From: Rhynchobatus australiae
Lineage: Eukaryota
Direction of reading: 5' to 3'
Assembly: GCA_034780895.1 (NCBI GenBank)
Contig: JAUZTB010000087.1
Coordinates: 104,834,152 to 104,898,151, forward strand
Length of the DNA stretch: 64,000 bases
A program made the position numbers and the translations under genes. The number at the start of each line of letters is the position of its first letter. The stretch's first letter is position 1. The notes under the pieces were generated by a model, which was not told the DNA's origin, made no database searches, and saw only the letters and a program-made list of their open reading frames with translations. This document shows, one piece after another, positions 13,140 through 25,125 of this stretch.

Positions 13140-15200
13140 TCTCCTCCTCAGGCAGTCCCTTAGGATGGAGGATGACTTGTTTCCACTGCAGTTTTGTGAG
13201 TTACGAGATGGTTCATTGAATAGTTGTACAGCATGGGAACAGGCCATTCAGCCCAACATATCCACACTGACCAGTAGGCACCCTTCCATATTAATCCCAC
13301 CACTCAGGACTTTGTCCACCCTAAGTGATTCAAGTGTTCATATGGACACTTCTTAAATGCTGTCAGCCACCCAGCATCAACCACTCTCTCAGCCAATGCA
13401 TTCCAAGTACTTACTGCACTCTGGATTAAGAAGGTCCCTGTTATATCCCCTCTAAATATGTCCTCTTTACCCTAAACCTATACTTTCTAGTTTTATCTAC
13501 ATCTAATAGGGAAAATAATNNNNNNNNNNNNNNNNNNNNNNNNNNNNNNNNNNNNNNNNNNNNNNNNNNNNNNNNNNNNNNNNNNNNNNNNNNNNNNNNN
13601 NNNNNNNNNNNNNNNNNNNCATCTAATAGGGAAAATAATTCTGCATTCTACCATAATTATACCGTTCATAATTTTAATTCTCTCAATCATGTCCCCCCTT
13701 AACCTCCTCTGCTCCAGGGAAAACAGATACAGCTTCTCCAGTCTCTCCTCATAACAGAACTGCTCCATCCAAGGCAACATCCTGGTGAACCTCCTCTGCA
13801 CCATCTCTATCACATCCTTCCTATAGCATGGTGACCAGAACCACACACAGAGCTCCAACTGAGGTCTGATGAAGGTTTTATAAAGTTGGAGCATAACCTC
13901 CCTACTACTGTATTTAATGCCTGAGTAATGAAGCCAGTATCCCATATACCTTCCTCACCATGTTATTTACCCGTGTTGCCACTGCCAAGGATATATGGAT
14001 GTGTACTCCAAGATCCCTCTCTTCCTCAATACTCCCTAAGCACCCGGCCATTCATGGTCTATGTCCTAGCCTCATTAATGCTTCCAAAATGCATTGTCTC
14101 ACATTTCTCTGGATTAATCTCGATCTGCCATTTTCTAGCTCAATTCACCAACACGTTGCTATCTCTCTGCAACTTAAGATACCTTCTACATTATCAACCA
14201 ATCATCATCATATCTGCAAAGTTACTAATCATACCTCCCACATCCACATCATTTACATATATTACAAACAGCAAGGATCCCAGCACTGATCATAAAAACA
14301 GCCCTCTACCATCACCCTCTGTCTTGTATTGCCAGGCCAATTTTGGATCCAGTTTGCCCACTTGTCCTGGATCCCATGGCTGCTAATGTTTTGAACCATT
14401 CTCCTACGTGGGATCTTGTCAAAGGCTCCATGAAAGTCCATGTAAGTCACATCTACTGCCCTGCCCCCTCATTGGTACACTTTGTTACCTCTTCGAAAAA
14501 CTTCAATCAAATTGGTCAGACAGGATCTGCCCTTGACAAAGCAACATTGGCTGTCTCTGATTAGTCCCTGTTTTACAAAGGGTTAATGAGGCTGCAGGGG
14601 GAACTGTAGCCGCTTGCACAGTTAGTGCGAGAAGTATCTGGTGGGGTTGGTGTGGAGATAGTTTGTGAGGTGGTGCATCCCTTCCATCACTTACCTATGT
14701 CTTCTGTGTACTCCTGATGCATGAATATGAGATGCAAAATACAATCCAAATGTTCCTCCTCCACTTTAGCCAGAGATTCCCAGGAGTCAGTGGGGATGGT
14801 GCATTTCTTCAAGGGGGCTTTGAGCACATCCTTGAAACTTTTCCTGTGTCCGGCTGGTAACTTCTTCCCAATGATGGACAGAATGGAGTGAGTGTTTCAA
14901 GAGCGTTCAAGAGTTCAAGTGTTTCAATCAGGGAAACAAATGATGTGGTTGGCCCAACATAACTGACCAAGAGGTCTCAGGAGGTCTCAGTGCTGGGACT
15001 GTTGGCCTGGAAGAGGACAATGATGTTAGTCCACTAGTGAGTTTGGAAGATCTTGCAGAGATAGTATCAGTGGTATTGTTCCAGTGCGTTGAGATGCCCG
15101 TTGTCGGTAATCAGTGTCTCAGAGGCATTCTTGAGACCTTGATCTTCAATAACTTTTTCCTCAATTAACCAAAGACAGTGCTGGCACACTGTAACAATGG
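13140..15200 (-). mobile_element. Decayed RTE LINE 3' part, interrupted by the CR1 at 13215-14575
   Basis: Tail CTCAGGCAGTCCCT...GATGACTTG at 13147-13210 resumes near 14582. 14770-14870 resembles 10160-10260 and 31965-32060. Confidence 0.6.
13215..14575 (-). mobile_element. CR1 LINE fragment (RT to 3' end), nested in an RTE
   Basis: ORF remnants YMDFHGAFDKIP, WIQNW..TRQRVMVEG and [31 protein letters not shown]...LFSLEQRRLRGDMIE. Confidence 0.88.
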
Positions 15201-16779
15201 GACAACCCCACAACGCCATCCGTGATACATCTTAGCCCTGAACATTCCCGGTGAAGCCAGGAAGGTCATTTACACTAACCTTGTTAAAATCTTGTTCTTC
15301 TGCTAGTTTATGCTGGATGAACGTTCATCTGAGATGGCCTGGGGTATGTTGTTCACTTCACACGTTTCACTCAAATAGCAGCATTTCAATTAATCCCAAC
15401 CCAAAGAACAAATGATTTAAAATTGGACCAGCTTCTTAACACAGAAGTGTGACAGCAAAGTACTGGAACCAGATAATGACTTTTTCCTGAGCAGTTCCCT
15501 CTTGTCCATTTACACCCAGTGGGTTAGAGTGGGACTGGCAGAGATGTGAGAAAGTTGGTGAGAGGTGGTTGTGAGGCACGAGGGTCAGAACAAATGGGCG
15601 AAACGATATGTTGTTGTGAACTGCTGACGGAGAAACTGCTCCAAGTCCTCGCAGCCGACCTCAGAGATTGAGGGTAACTGTGACTGTTGGAGACACTCTC
15701 TGTGGAGAGAGGATGCATTGCCATTGGAAGTCACCAATGCCACAACCAGCGGTGACAGAGTGGTATATTTAAGCAGTTAACTCTCGCTCACTTCAGCAGA
15801 CAGTAGCAGTAATTCCTGCCAAACGGCCTCGTCTTCCCTCAGCAAAAATATGCAGAAATAAAGTAAGATGAATATAAGACGGCCAATTCCTAAATTGGTT
15901 CAAATACAGATAAACATGAATCAAATTCTGGTGGCTGCATTCTTCTGGTTATAATTTTAAATAATCTACCCGTGGTTGTAATTTTCGCATCTGTTTTCTT
16001 TTCCTTTGCTTCACCCGTTTCAGGTCTGCATATCTGAACGAGGTTCTGTTCCATCAGTTCGGGAACACCGGCTTCCCCGCATCTTAACCCATCAGTAAGT
16101 CCCTACAAGTTGCCAACCTTGGCTGTCAAGAGTCAGTCCATCCTAGTCTTGGCAGCTCCGTTCATCCCGCCATCGGCAGAATTTTGGGAAGAAAGTATTG
16201 CAAGTTTTCCGCTGGACTTTGTGCAAATAAAAACGTCCCAATTTCNNNNNNNNNNNNNNNNNNNNNNTGTCGATGTAAGATGGTAAGTGATGGACGTTGA
16301 AACGCCAGGATCAAACATCCACTGGCGCGTCGGTCAAGTGCAGAAAATTACCCCGTGACACATCTCCAACAATATGTTTCGTTTTCTCCGACATACCTTC
16401 TCCGGTTAACGAGCCCGCACAAAGATAATTCATTAAAACAAAAATATATTTTGGGGCGTGCGGTGATATTTGGTGTCCATTAGTTTCAAATCACGAAGAG
16501 TGAATTACAGACTCGCATTTCATAATACCTGGTGAAGACCATTTCAGATCACTTCAAGAGAGAAAAGACTATGTTCCCTTAGTCTGGGCAGGATTTGAAC
16601 CCACCGTAGGAACTCACCTCTCTGAAGTGCACTATATGAACAGACCAGTCAGATTCTGCCTCGCCAGTTTTTAACGGTGCAACTCTTATATCTTTAAAAA
16701 TTAGATATCAGTTTGCAAATGACTGAAATATAGCACATAACTGCAAAAGAAAAGATTTACAATTATGACCTACTTTGAA

Positions 16780-17155
16780 CAGAAGCCTGATAACTAACCT
16801 AGTAATCTGGGGGCTTGGGTTAAGGCTCTGGAGATACGTCTAAATCTTAATGCAACATCTGGTAAATATGAATTTAGTTAATTAAATAATCCTAAACTGA
16901 AAAAAATATATATCAGTCATGCACTAGTGGCTTATTGTAAAGCCCATCTGGCTCATTAAAGTCCTTTGGGGAAGGAAATCTTCCCTGATTAGCCAGTTTG
17001 ACCTATATGTGACTCGAGTCCCAAAGAACTGTGATTAATTCCTAACTTTTGGAATGACCTAGAAAGTCACTTTGTTGAGTGTGGCTCACCACCATCTTCC
17101 TGGTTTGAACTGGGGATGGGCATTGAACAGATGCATCCCACAAGGGAATAAAAGA
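16780..17155 (+). mobile_element. Decayed shark-type SINE with a LINE-derived tail
   Basis: Core TTGTAAAGCCCATCTGGCTCATTAAAGTCCTTTGGGGAAGGAAATC and tail GCTCACCACCATCTTCC...GGGGATGGGCA. A related copy lies on the minus strand at 4185-4870. Confidence 0.55.
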
Positions 17156-17851
17156 GAATTATAAAGTATAATCATTTATTCACAGACAGGTTTCAAAACA
17201 TCTCATGGACAATTATTGGAAATTAATTTTGTTTTATCTGCAAAACACATTGCCCATTTGACATATGCAAAAATCCAACCGATAAAGGTGATCTGTGTAT
17301 GAAGGGATTATCTTGAGTGGACCATAAGGAGAACTGTGTTGAATGTTATCACAAAACCTTTGACAGCCACCTGAATCAACCTTTGTTTACTATAGCACTT
17401 ATGGGCCAGCAGATCAGATAAGGTAGCATTCTGGTACTGCACTGGATTGTTGGCCTATATCAAACCCTGAAAGTGATTTCCTGACTCAGAATCAAGAAAC
17501 TACTGATNNNNNNNNNNNNNNNNNNNNNNNNNNNNNNNNNNNNNNNNNNNNNNNNNNNNNNNNNNNNNNNNNNNNNNNNNNNNNNNNNNNNNNNNNNNNN
17601 NNNNNNNNNNNNNNNNNNNNNNNNNNNNNNNNNNNNNNNNNNNNNNNNNNNNNNNNNNNNNNNNNNNNNNNNNNNNNNNNNNNNNNNNNNNNNNNNNNNN
17701 NNNNNNNNNNNNNNNNNNNNNNNNNNNNNNNNNNNNNNNNNNNNNNNNNNNNNNNNNNNNNNNNNNNNNNNNNNNNNNNNNNNNNNNNNNNNNNNNNNNN
17801 NNNNNNNNNNNNNNNNNNNNNNNNNNNNNNNNNNNNNNNNNNNNNNNNNNN

Positions 17852-17924
17852 TGAGGACTGCAGTCATCTCATCATGATCAGAGGGATGAATATACTCATA
17901 AATACTGTTCCCTGTTAGCTCCAC
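17852..17924 (-). CDS. SIM2: SIM2 coding exon 4 (PAS-A), visible part only
   Basis: Acceptor TACCAG, then [24 protein letters not shown] running into the N gap 17508-17851. If the exon has the usual 109 nt, it ends near 17816 inside the gap. Confidence 0.95.
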
Positions 17925-18013
17925 CTGGTAAAGGAAAAGACATTCAGAGCTTACTAAAGCATATAAACACATTGTTTGTGACATTGACCACATTATTTAT
18001 TATTTTTTAAAAT

Positions 18014-18338
18014 ACCAGGCTCAAGGACAACTTCTATCCCACTGTGATAAGACTATTGAATGGTACCCTTATACATTGAGATGGACTCTTGACCTCACAA
18101 TCTACCTCGTTGTGACCTTGCACCTTATTGTCCACCTGCAATGCACTTCCTCTGTAGCCGTGACACTTTACTCTGTATTCTGTTATTGTTCTTTCCTACC
18201 TGTACAACCTCAATGCACTCTGTATTAACTCAATATATCTGCACTGTGTAATGAATTAATCTGTACGAATGGTATACAAGACAAGTTTTGCACTGTACCT
18301 CAGTACAAGTGACAATAATAAACTAATACCAATACCAA
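18014..18338 (+). mobile_element. Rex1/Babar-type LINE 3' end
   Basis: Begins with sequence encoding TRLKDNFYPTVIRLLNG (the RLKNSF.P.AIRLLN C-terminal motif), then a 3'UTR ending AATAAAC-(AATACC)n. Its tail is near-identical to 1-100 and 41815-41917. Confidence 0.75.
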
Positions 18339-18544
18339 AAGCCTGGAGGCTGAATGGTTAAAATTGCCCATGGCACTTACCTAGCATTAAGATGACCTAA
18401 CTGTAACATGTGCATCATGGTGTTCAGCAAGATTTGGCAGAGGGAAATTGAATTCCCTGTACATTGCAATCTGCCTCAACCACATCTGTGAAGGAACATC
18501 CATATTGCAGTTGTACAATATTTCAAATTCCCAATCAATCGTCA

Positions 18545-18900
18545 GGTGGTACAGTAGTGCAGCTAGTTAGAGTTGCCACCTCACAGTGCCAGAGACCTGG
18601 GTTCAATTCTGACCTTGGGTGCTGTTAGTGTGGAGCTTGAACATTCTCCATGTGACTTCGAGGGTTTCCTCTGGGTGCTCTGATTTTCTCTCACATGCAA
18701 AAGACATGTAGTTGGTAGGTTCGTTGGCCACTGTGAATTGACATTAGCGTGTAGAGCAGTAGAATCTGAAGCCAGTTGATGAGAATGTGGGGATAATTAA
18801 AAAAAAGCTTTAATGTAGGGCTAGTGTCAATGGGTGGTTGATGGTCAGCATGGATTTGATGGGCTGAAAGGCTTGTTTCTGTGCATACTCTCTATGACTG
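18545..18900 (+). mobile_element. tRNA-derived V-SINE (HE1-like) with CR1-type tail
   Basis: A-box-like TGGTACAGTAGTG, B-box GGGTTCAATTC, V-domain-like GGGTTTCCTCTGGGTGCTCTGATTTTCTCTCACATGCAAAAGAC, and tail GGGCTGAAAGGCTTGTTTCTGTGC...CTCTATGACT shared with the CR1 3' ends here. Confidence 0.8.
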
Positions 18901-20329
18901 TAAGTCAGTGCTCCTTCTCTGTGAGACTGCTAAAATAGTAAATGGTTTGTAATCTGGATGAGCACCATGATTATATGAGCCTCTAAACTTTCTTGTGGTA
19001 TCACTCAATTGGTAGCATTCAAGGCTCAAAGATTTATGAGTAAAAAATCTAGGTCAACAATCTAAAATGGCACTGAATGATTGGTTTACTCTCACACATA
19101 TTCTTTCTTGGACGAGATGTTAAACCAAGTCTGCAATGGGGTAACACATCACTGACACAATTTTGAAGAAGAACCANNNNNNNNNNNNNNNNNNNNNNNN
19201 NNNNNNNNNNNNNNNNNNNNNNNNNNNNNNNNNNNNNNNNNNNNNNNNNNNNNNNNNNNNNNNNNNNNNNNNNNNNNNNNNNNNNNNNNNNNNNNNNNTG
19301 CCAGTTTAAAGTTAAAATTTTCTTTCAAGTAGCAATGCATTACCATGTTTGACATTTTACTACAGTTCAACAGGTGGCCAAAGAACAGCTTGGCACAATA
19401 CAACAAATTACAAGCAGCAGAGGTGGGCCCTTGGGTATAAATTCTCAACATTGCTTAAAAATTTTGCATTCAGGCTCTTTGCTCAGTTTTGATAGGCCAT
19501 TTCCATTTAAAACATGTAAATCAATCTGGATTGCTGATATCATGAGCAATTTTGTGACTTAAATCTAAATTTATTCCTGAAACATAACTCATACCTTAAA
19601 ATTCTCCTGTAGATGAATGAAATGTTTAAAGCATTACATATAAAGAAATGCAAGTAAATTTTCAATCTTGATTTCAAAGGTGAAAGCTCAAATGAGTTGC
19701 AATCTTCATTTTATATTTTAGGAATGCAACTTTTATGATTAGAGGAGGCTATGTTTCACTTAACATATTACTTGTGCTGCAAAGTGCACAATGCCTCTTT
19801 TCTGGTTACTGTGCACAAATTTGCTTCATTGATTAAAAATTCTCCATCTGAGGCATGGAGTGCATTTTGAGAGATGTGATCTGTGGACTCCAGTTGGAAC
19901 CTTTCTGTCTTGGAAAGGGTGCACACTCAGCAGGTAGTGAAGGTGACAGAGTTAATGTAGTGATCAGAAATGCATGTCATTTATTATATCATGCAGATTT
20001 GCTGTTTTCTTTTTTGTTCAATCTTAGTGGTGCATTAGGAAATGAATATTTGTCTATGCTTCATAATATAATTGCAGACAGGGATAGATATTTAGCCTCC
20101 CACCACTTAATTAGTTCATGAATGATGTGTACCTTAATCTCCAATTACCTGCCTTTACTCCACAATTCCTTGATACTTTTACCTAAATATCAATATTTTG
20201 AAAGCTCCAGCTGTCCTATCTATCTGGAGGGGAGCTCCATTTGCCTGCTGTTTTTGATGTGAACAGTGCTTCATAATTTTTGCTAATCTCCAAATGGGTA
20301 TTGACCAAAGATCAATCAATCTGTGAAGA

Positions 20330-20765
20330 AAAACAGAAAATACTGGAAATACTCAGTAGGTCTGGCAGCATCTGTGGAGAGAGAAACAGAGTTAATGTTC
20401 CAGGTTCATGAACTTTCATTATCATCCCAAAGAAAGATTATCAGCATTTTCTATTTTAATTACAGATTTACAGCATCTGTAGTTTTTTGCAGATGAAAGG
20501 TCATCATCCTGAAATATTGCCAGTGTTTCTCTCTCCACAGCTGCTGACTGACCTGCTGAGTGTTTCCAGCATTTTCCATTTTCTGTTTAATTTCAGATTT
20601 CTGTCAAATTGTTTTTCCATCAAATTCTTGGGGAGTTTGATGACAAGCCATGGACCTGAAACACTGATCGTGTTTCACACTCTGCAGATGCTGACTGGTC
20701 GTGGAGTCTTACAGCATGGAAACATGATCTACTGGATACTTCCAACATTTTCTGTTTTTGTGTCT
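20330..20765. mobile_element. Cluster of three decayed short Penelope-derived elements (one minus, two plus)
   Basis: Minus copy at ~20330-20420. Plus copies start near 20490 (CAGATGAAAGGTCATCATCCTGAAATATT) and 20637 (TTGATGACAAGCCATGGACCTGAAACAC), each followed by a CTCTCCACAG/GCTGACTG-type body. Confidence 0.65.
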
Positions 20766-20799
20766 ATAAATCTGATATTGTGGTAGAAGGTGTAATATG

Positions 20800-21390
20800 G
20801 TCATAGAGTCACACACCATGGAAACAGACCCTTTGGCTCAACTGGTCCATGCCGACTAAGATGCCCATCTAAGCCAGTCCCATTTGCCCATGTTTGACCC
20901 ATATCCTTCTAACCCTTTCCTATCCATGTACCTGTCCAAGTTCCTCTTAAATGTTGTTAATATACCTCCCTTAACCACTTCTTCTGGCAGCTTATTCCAT
21001 ATACCGACCACCCTTTGGGTAAAAAAGTTGTTCCTCAGGTTCCTATTAAATCTCTCTCCTCTCACATTAAACCTGTGCCCTCTACTTCTTGATTCCCCAA
21101 TCCTGTGTGTATTCGCCCTATCTATGCCCTCCCCCCATGATCTTATTCGCCTCTGTAAGATCGCCCCTCATGATCTTATCCACCTCTGTAAGATCACCCC
21201 TCATTCTCCTACGTTCCAATGAATAATGTCCCAGCCTGCTCGAACCTCTCTCTATAACTCAACCCCTCGAGTCCTGACAGCAATCTTGTAAATCTCCTCT
21301 GCACTCTTTCCAGGGAAATAGCACCTTTCCTACAGCAGGGTGACCAAAACTGAACTCAATACTCCAAATGCAGCCTCACCATTGTCCTGT
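20800..21390 (-). mobile_element. CR1 LINE 3' end
   Basis: ORF remnants RGERFNRNLRNNFFTQRVVGIWNKLPEEVV and YRTMVRLHLEY. Confidence 0.88.
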
Positions 21391-22914
21391 AATGTTGCCA
21401 GTTATTAACNNNNNNNNNNNNNNNNNNNNNNNNNNNNNNNNNNNNNNNNNNNNNNNNNNNNNNNNNNNNNNNNNNNNNNNNNNNNNNNNNNNNNNNNNNN
21501 NNNNNNNNNCAATACTCCAAATGCAGCCTCACCATTGTCCTGTAATGTTGCCAGTTATTAACCAACTGGTGAAAACAAGGACGTTGGAAATAAAGTATTT
21601 TGCTATAACTTAAATACGCCTTGGAACCTGGCAACAAGATGTAAGTAGTGTTTAAAAAAGAGCATTGCTTTGAACCAGAGGGAAAGGATACTTGAGTGAA
21701 AATGTTGCAAGTGTAACCATCTGGCTGGAGACGGTGAGATTTCTTCCAGACAGGGGCTGAGAAAGGGTTCGGTTTGGAACTAACCCGCAGATCACATTAG
21801 CATGTGAAAAGTAAAAAGACACTTTGATCCTTCATTTCAAAATCTGAGGGTCAAAATAAAGATTGGACAGGTCGCGGCTTAACACCTAGTGTACAAATTA
21901 TTTTGTTCAATGGGTCAACCGATCAGATTAGGAATCTTAAAAAAAAACAAATTAATAATGAAGCGACGAAAACTAAAGTAAAAAAAAACTTGAAAACAAA
22001 CTGCAGTATGCAATTGTGGGATTCGACTAATCTCCCGACTTCCCCATTTGTAAAATATCGGGTGAGGTTGGGAATATAAACGGCAGCAGAAATGAGTGCT
22101 GAGGGAGCAGTACATCTGGTGAAAAGCTGCGCATTCTTGAGCTAATTCTGCACCAATGCGCCATCTATGTCGGAGAAATTTGGGAGACTACAGGTCACAT
22201 TTCGCTCCATTAAAACTTAAGAAAATTGGACGCGTATTTGTAGCAATTCTTATCATTTCCAACTGGCAACTCAGTTAGTCAGTCCAGTTTCTCTTACAGG
22301 CTGTCCGCCTGCGTTTCGATCAATAGACATGTAGAAATAAAAGATAAAATGACGTGTTAATAATTCAGTACAATATTAATTCTATTTTATGAAAAACTAG
22401 GATATGAAATACCAGAAATGTGGGGTTATCACTTGAAAGAGGGCGTGAAGTTTGATGGAGAGCATTCTTTGAACAGCACATTTCGCTGAGATTTTCCTTT
22501 CCAAATATTCATTCTCCATTCCTAGAACAGGCATCTCTCTCATCTCCACAACCATTTTTGCTTTGGTTTATTCTGTAACCCGCTCACTTCTCTGCTGCAA
22601 CAGTCAGTTGCTGATTGTCCCATGAGACTGCATATAATGTTCTTTACATTCTGGCATTTGCTGCTGATATTTCACGTTTTATTTATCTGTTTTGTTNNNN
22701 NNNNNNNNNNNNNNNNNNNNNNNNNNNNNNNNNNNNNNNNNNNNNNNNNNNNNNNNNNNNNNNNNNNNNNNNNNNNNNNNNNNNNNNNNNNNNNNNTATT
22801 CTATGTTACATTGGGGACCAAGGAAATAGTTTTATTTATCTGTTTTGTTTTTGACGAGGATTTAAAAACAGCGCCCTGCAATGCACGTAAACGACTGTAA
22901 AAGTAGTTTCTTAC

Positions 22915-23004
22915 CTGAGACAAGCCCAAGTGGACGGAGGCAGTTTCCGAAATGTACATGATTTTGCCATCGGACGCGACTACAAAGACGAAGCCATCCA
23001 GAGT
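22915..23004 (-). CDS. SIM2: SIM2 coding exon 3 (start of PAS-A)
   Basis: Acceptor TTTCAG, 90 nt encoding [30 protein letters not shown], donor [15 protein letters not shown] is SIM2-type. Confidence 0.97.
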
Positions 23005-23339
23005 CTGAAAGACATGGAAACCACGAGGAAAACGGCCGTCAGTCTACATGGAATGGCTAGCATCTTTAACAACGTGTCTAACTGCACTCACCACAGCATA
23101 ATACAACGATACTGGATCAATACAAAACATTTCAGTGCAGAAGTCAATAATGAAGTTTCAGACGGGAATACAGGTGGTACTAAATGATTTGAGATGTGGG
23201 AATATAAAGAAGGCACAGTGAAAATGATCTCTTTCTGCCCATTATATTCCCCCGCCTGTGTTTCAGGCCTATTGTACTGTCTACTGACCTGCCCGCTTTA
23301 TAAATACAACGGGTCAGTTTCATTGAGAAGTTCTGTTAC

Positions 23340-23422
23340 CTGAAGTAAGTGGGATCCTAATTCTTTTGCCATATTGTCCAAGGGACTCACACGGCTGGAT
23401 TGTCCCCAGGCGTCTCCCAGGC
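23340..23422 (-). CDS. SIM2: SIM2 coding exon 2
   Basis: Not in the ORF track. Acceptor AAACAG, 83 nt encoding (G)[27 protein letters not shown], donor GTAACA. Phase matches exon 1. Confidence 0.96.
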
Positions 23423-24729
23423 CTGTTTGAGAAACAACATCGTGTATCAGCAGTGTTCAAACCATTTCAGTTGTTAACTGTAGTTGGTGAAAGCTACTAG
23501 ACAGAAACATTATGTTTCACTGTGAGGACAGATTTATGACGGATCGTCCGTTAATAACTAGCAAATTCTGCAGAAAAAATATTTGCGGAATTTTCACTTT
23601 ATTATTCGGCGACGCGCGGTGATTCGTTTCGTTCACCCTTATTTGCGCGAGGAAATATTTTCTATATATTTGACATAGATTGTGCATAGCTGCTGCTGAA
23701 CCTGCAACACCGATATGAAACCGAGTGGCTTGGTTAAAAACTGTGTGCATGTTTGGGTACGTTGTGTATCAATGTGTCTCAGCAGCGTTTAATGCTTTAT
23801 ATAAATTGTTTTTTTTTGTTTGCGTATTGTGTTTTTATTGATGATAGTATTCGTGCTCATGTCTCCATGGTTGTGGACAGATTGTGTTCGTGTGATGTAT
23901 ACATGTGTATGTATTTTGCTGAACATGTAGGTGTGTAATGTGATATGTTGGTGCTCATGGAGTGCATCTGTGTTCATGAGGCGCGTATGTCTACTGTGAA
24001 TTGCATCAAAGGAATCGTGTTAATCAATCCTTGGTTATAATATGAACACATGAATTTAAATGACTGTAAGGTGGTATATGTGCTCCTTGCTACACTTTGG
24101 TTACAACTGAGTTCGAATTCGTTGCCCTTATTGGTCTAGGAGTGACCGGAGCCTTTGACGACAGCCCCGGTTCACCCCCGCTCTCTACAAAACTCGTCCA
24201 GTCGAACAGTCCGGTAAGTTTAACTCTGAGGTCCTCGCGTACCTTTCTGTTGGCAGTCCCGACGGTTCACATAGGAAACTGTGCACCAACATAAACATAA
24301 GCAGAGATTGCGTTAGGTTTTGAAAAGGAGACCGACCTCTCTTCGCCCTCAGGACCCACACGTACATTGTTCTCTCTGGCCTGTTGTTAGACCGCACTTG
24401 CTATTAACATTGCGGAGCAACACACAAATGAGCTGGAGGAACTCAGCGGGTCAGGCAGCATCTATGGAGGGAAATGAACATCGCAGTGCTGCCGCCGGTA
24501 AATTTCATCCCTTGCTGACTGGTAACCTACATTGCCACAATCTAAATAGCATGGGTTTGGCGTTGTAGAAAACTGTTCTACTCTATTAAAGGATTTTCCT
24601 GTTGACTTTGTGTGCGAGATATTCTGTATTACTTATTCGTGTGTGAAGTGAGTATGAAATGGTTGCGAGACGCAGTTAAATGGGGGATGGCTGACGCACA
24701 GTAACATATTGCATCTGCATCTGTGCATT

Positions 24730-25125
24730 TACGCATGTGAAATATGGAGAGTGAGAACCCCCAGATCCGAGCATCCACTCCATCCAACATCGCCTGCAGC
24801 GTGCACCGTCTGTACTGCAGCAACTCGCCAGGGCTCTTTCCACCTCTCCCAAACCCACGACCTTTACCACCTAGGCGGACAAAGGTGGGGGGGCGCACGG
24901 CAACGCCACCACCACCTGCAAGTTTCCCCAGAAATCACTCACAATCGCGACCTGGAAATATTGCCCCTGAGTCAAAATCCCGCAACTCAGTGGGCCGAAG
25001 GATCTGTTCCTGTGTTGTCCTGTTCGCTGTTCTATGTAACTCCGCACTCAGGAGCAGCGTAGGAGCTCCGCAAGGATTCATGGAATGTGCTCTCCACCAA
25101 CTTCTCGAGAGCAACATTAGTGATG
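24730..25125 (+). mobile_element. Decayed CR1-superfamily LINE 3' end
   Basis: CACGACCTTTACCACCTAGGCGGACAAAGG...CACCACCACCTGCAAGTTTCCCC matches the second copy at ~33110-33180. Confidence 0.6.

Noticed and set aside
17925-17993. N-terminal extension [23 protein letters not shown] in the ORF track, and similar run-ons at exons 1 and 6
   Set aside because: This is intron sequence read in frame past the splice sites.
18545-18620. Possible tRNA gene
   Set aside because: A- and B-box-like motifs are present, but there is no cloverleaf and the sequence continues into a SINE body and LINE tail.
21359-21562. Direct repeats on both sides of ~100-N gaps (also 13500/13620, 34957/35090 and 22677/22830)
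   Set aside because: Identical sequence either side of fixed-size gaps is typical of unmerged contig overlaps. The apparent tandem hammerhead at 34957/35090 is therefore not counted as a real dimer without long reads.
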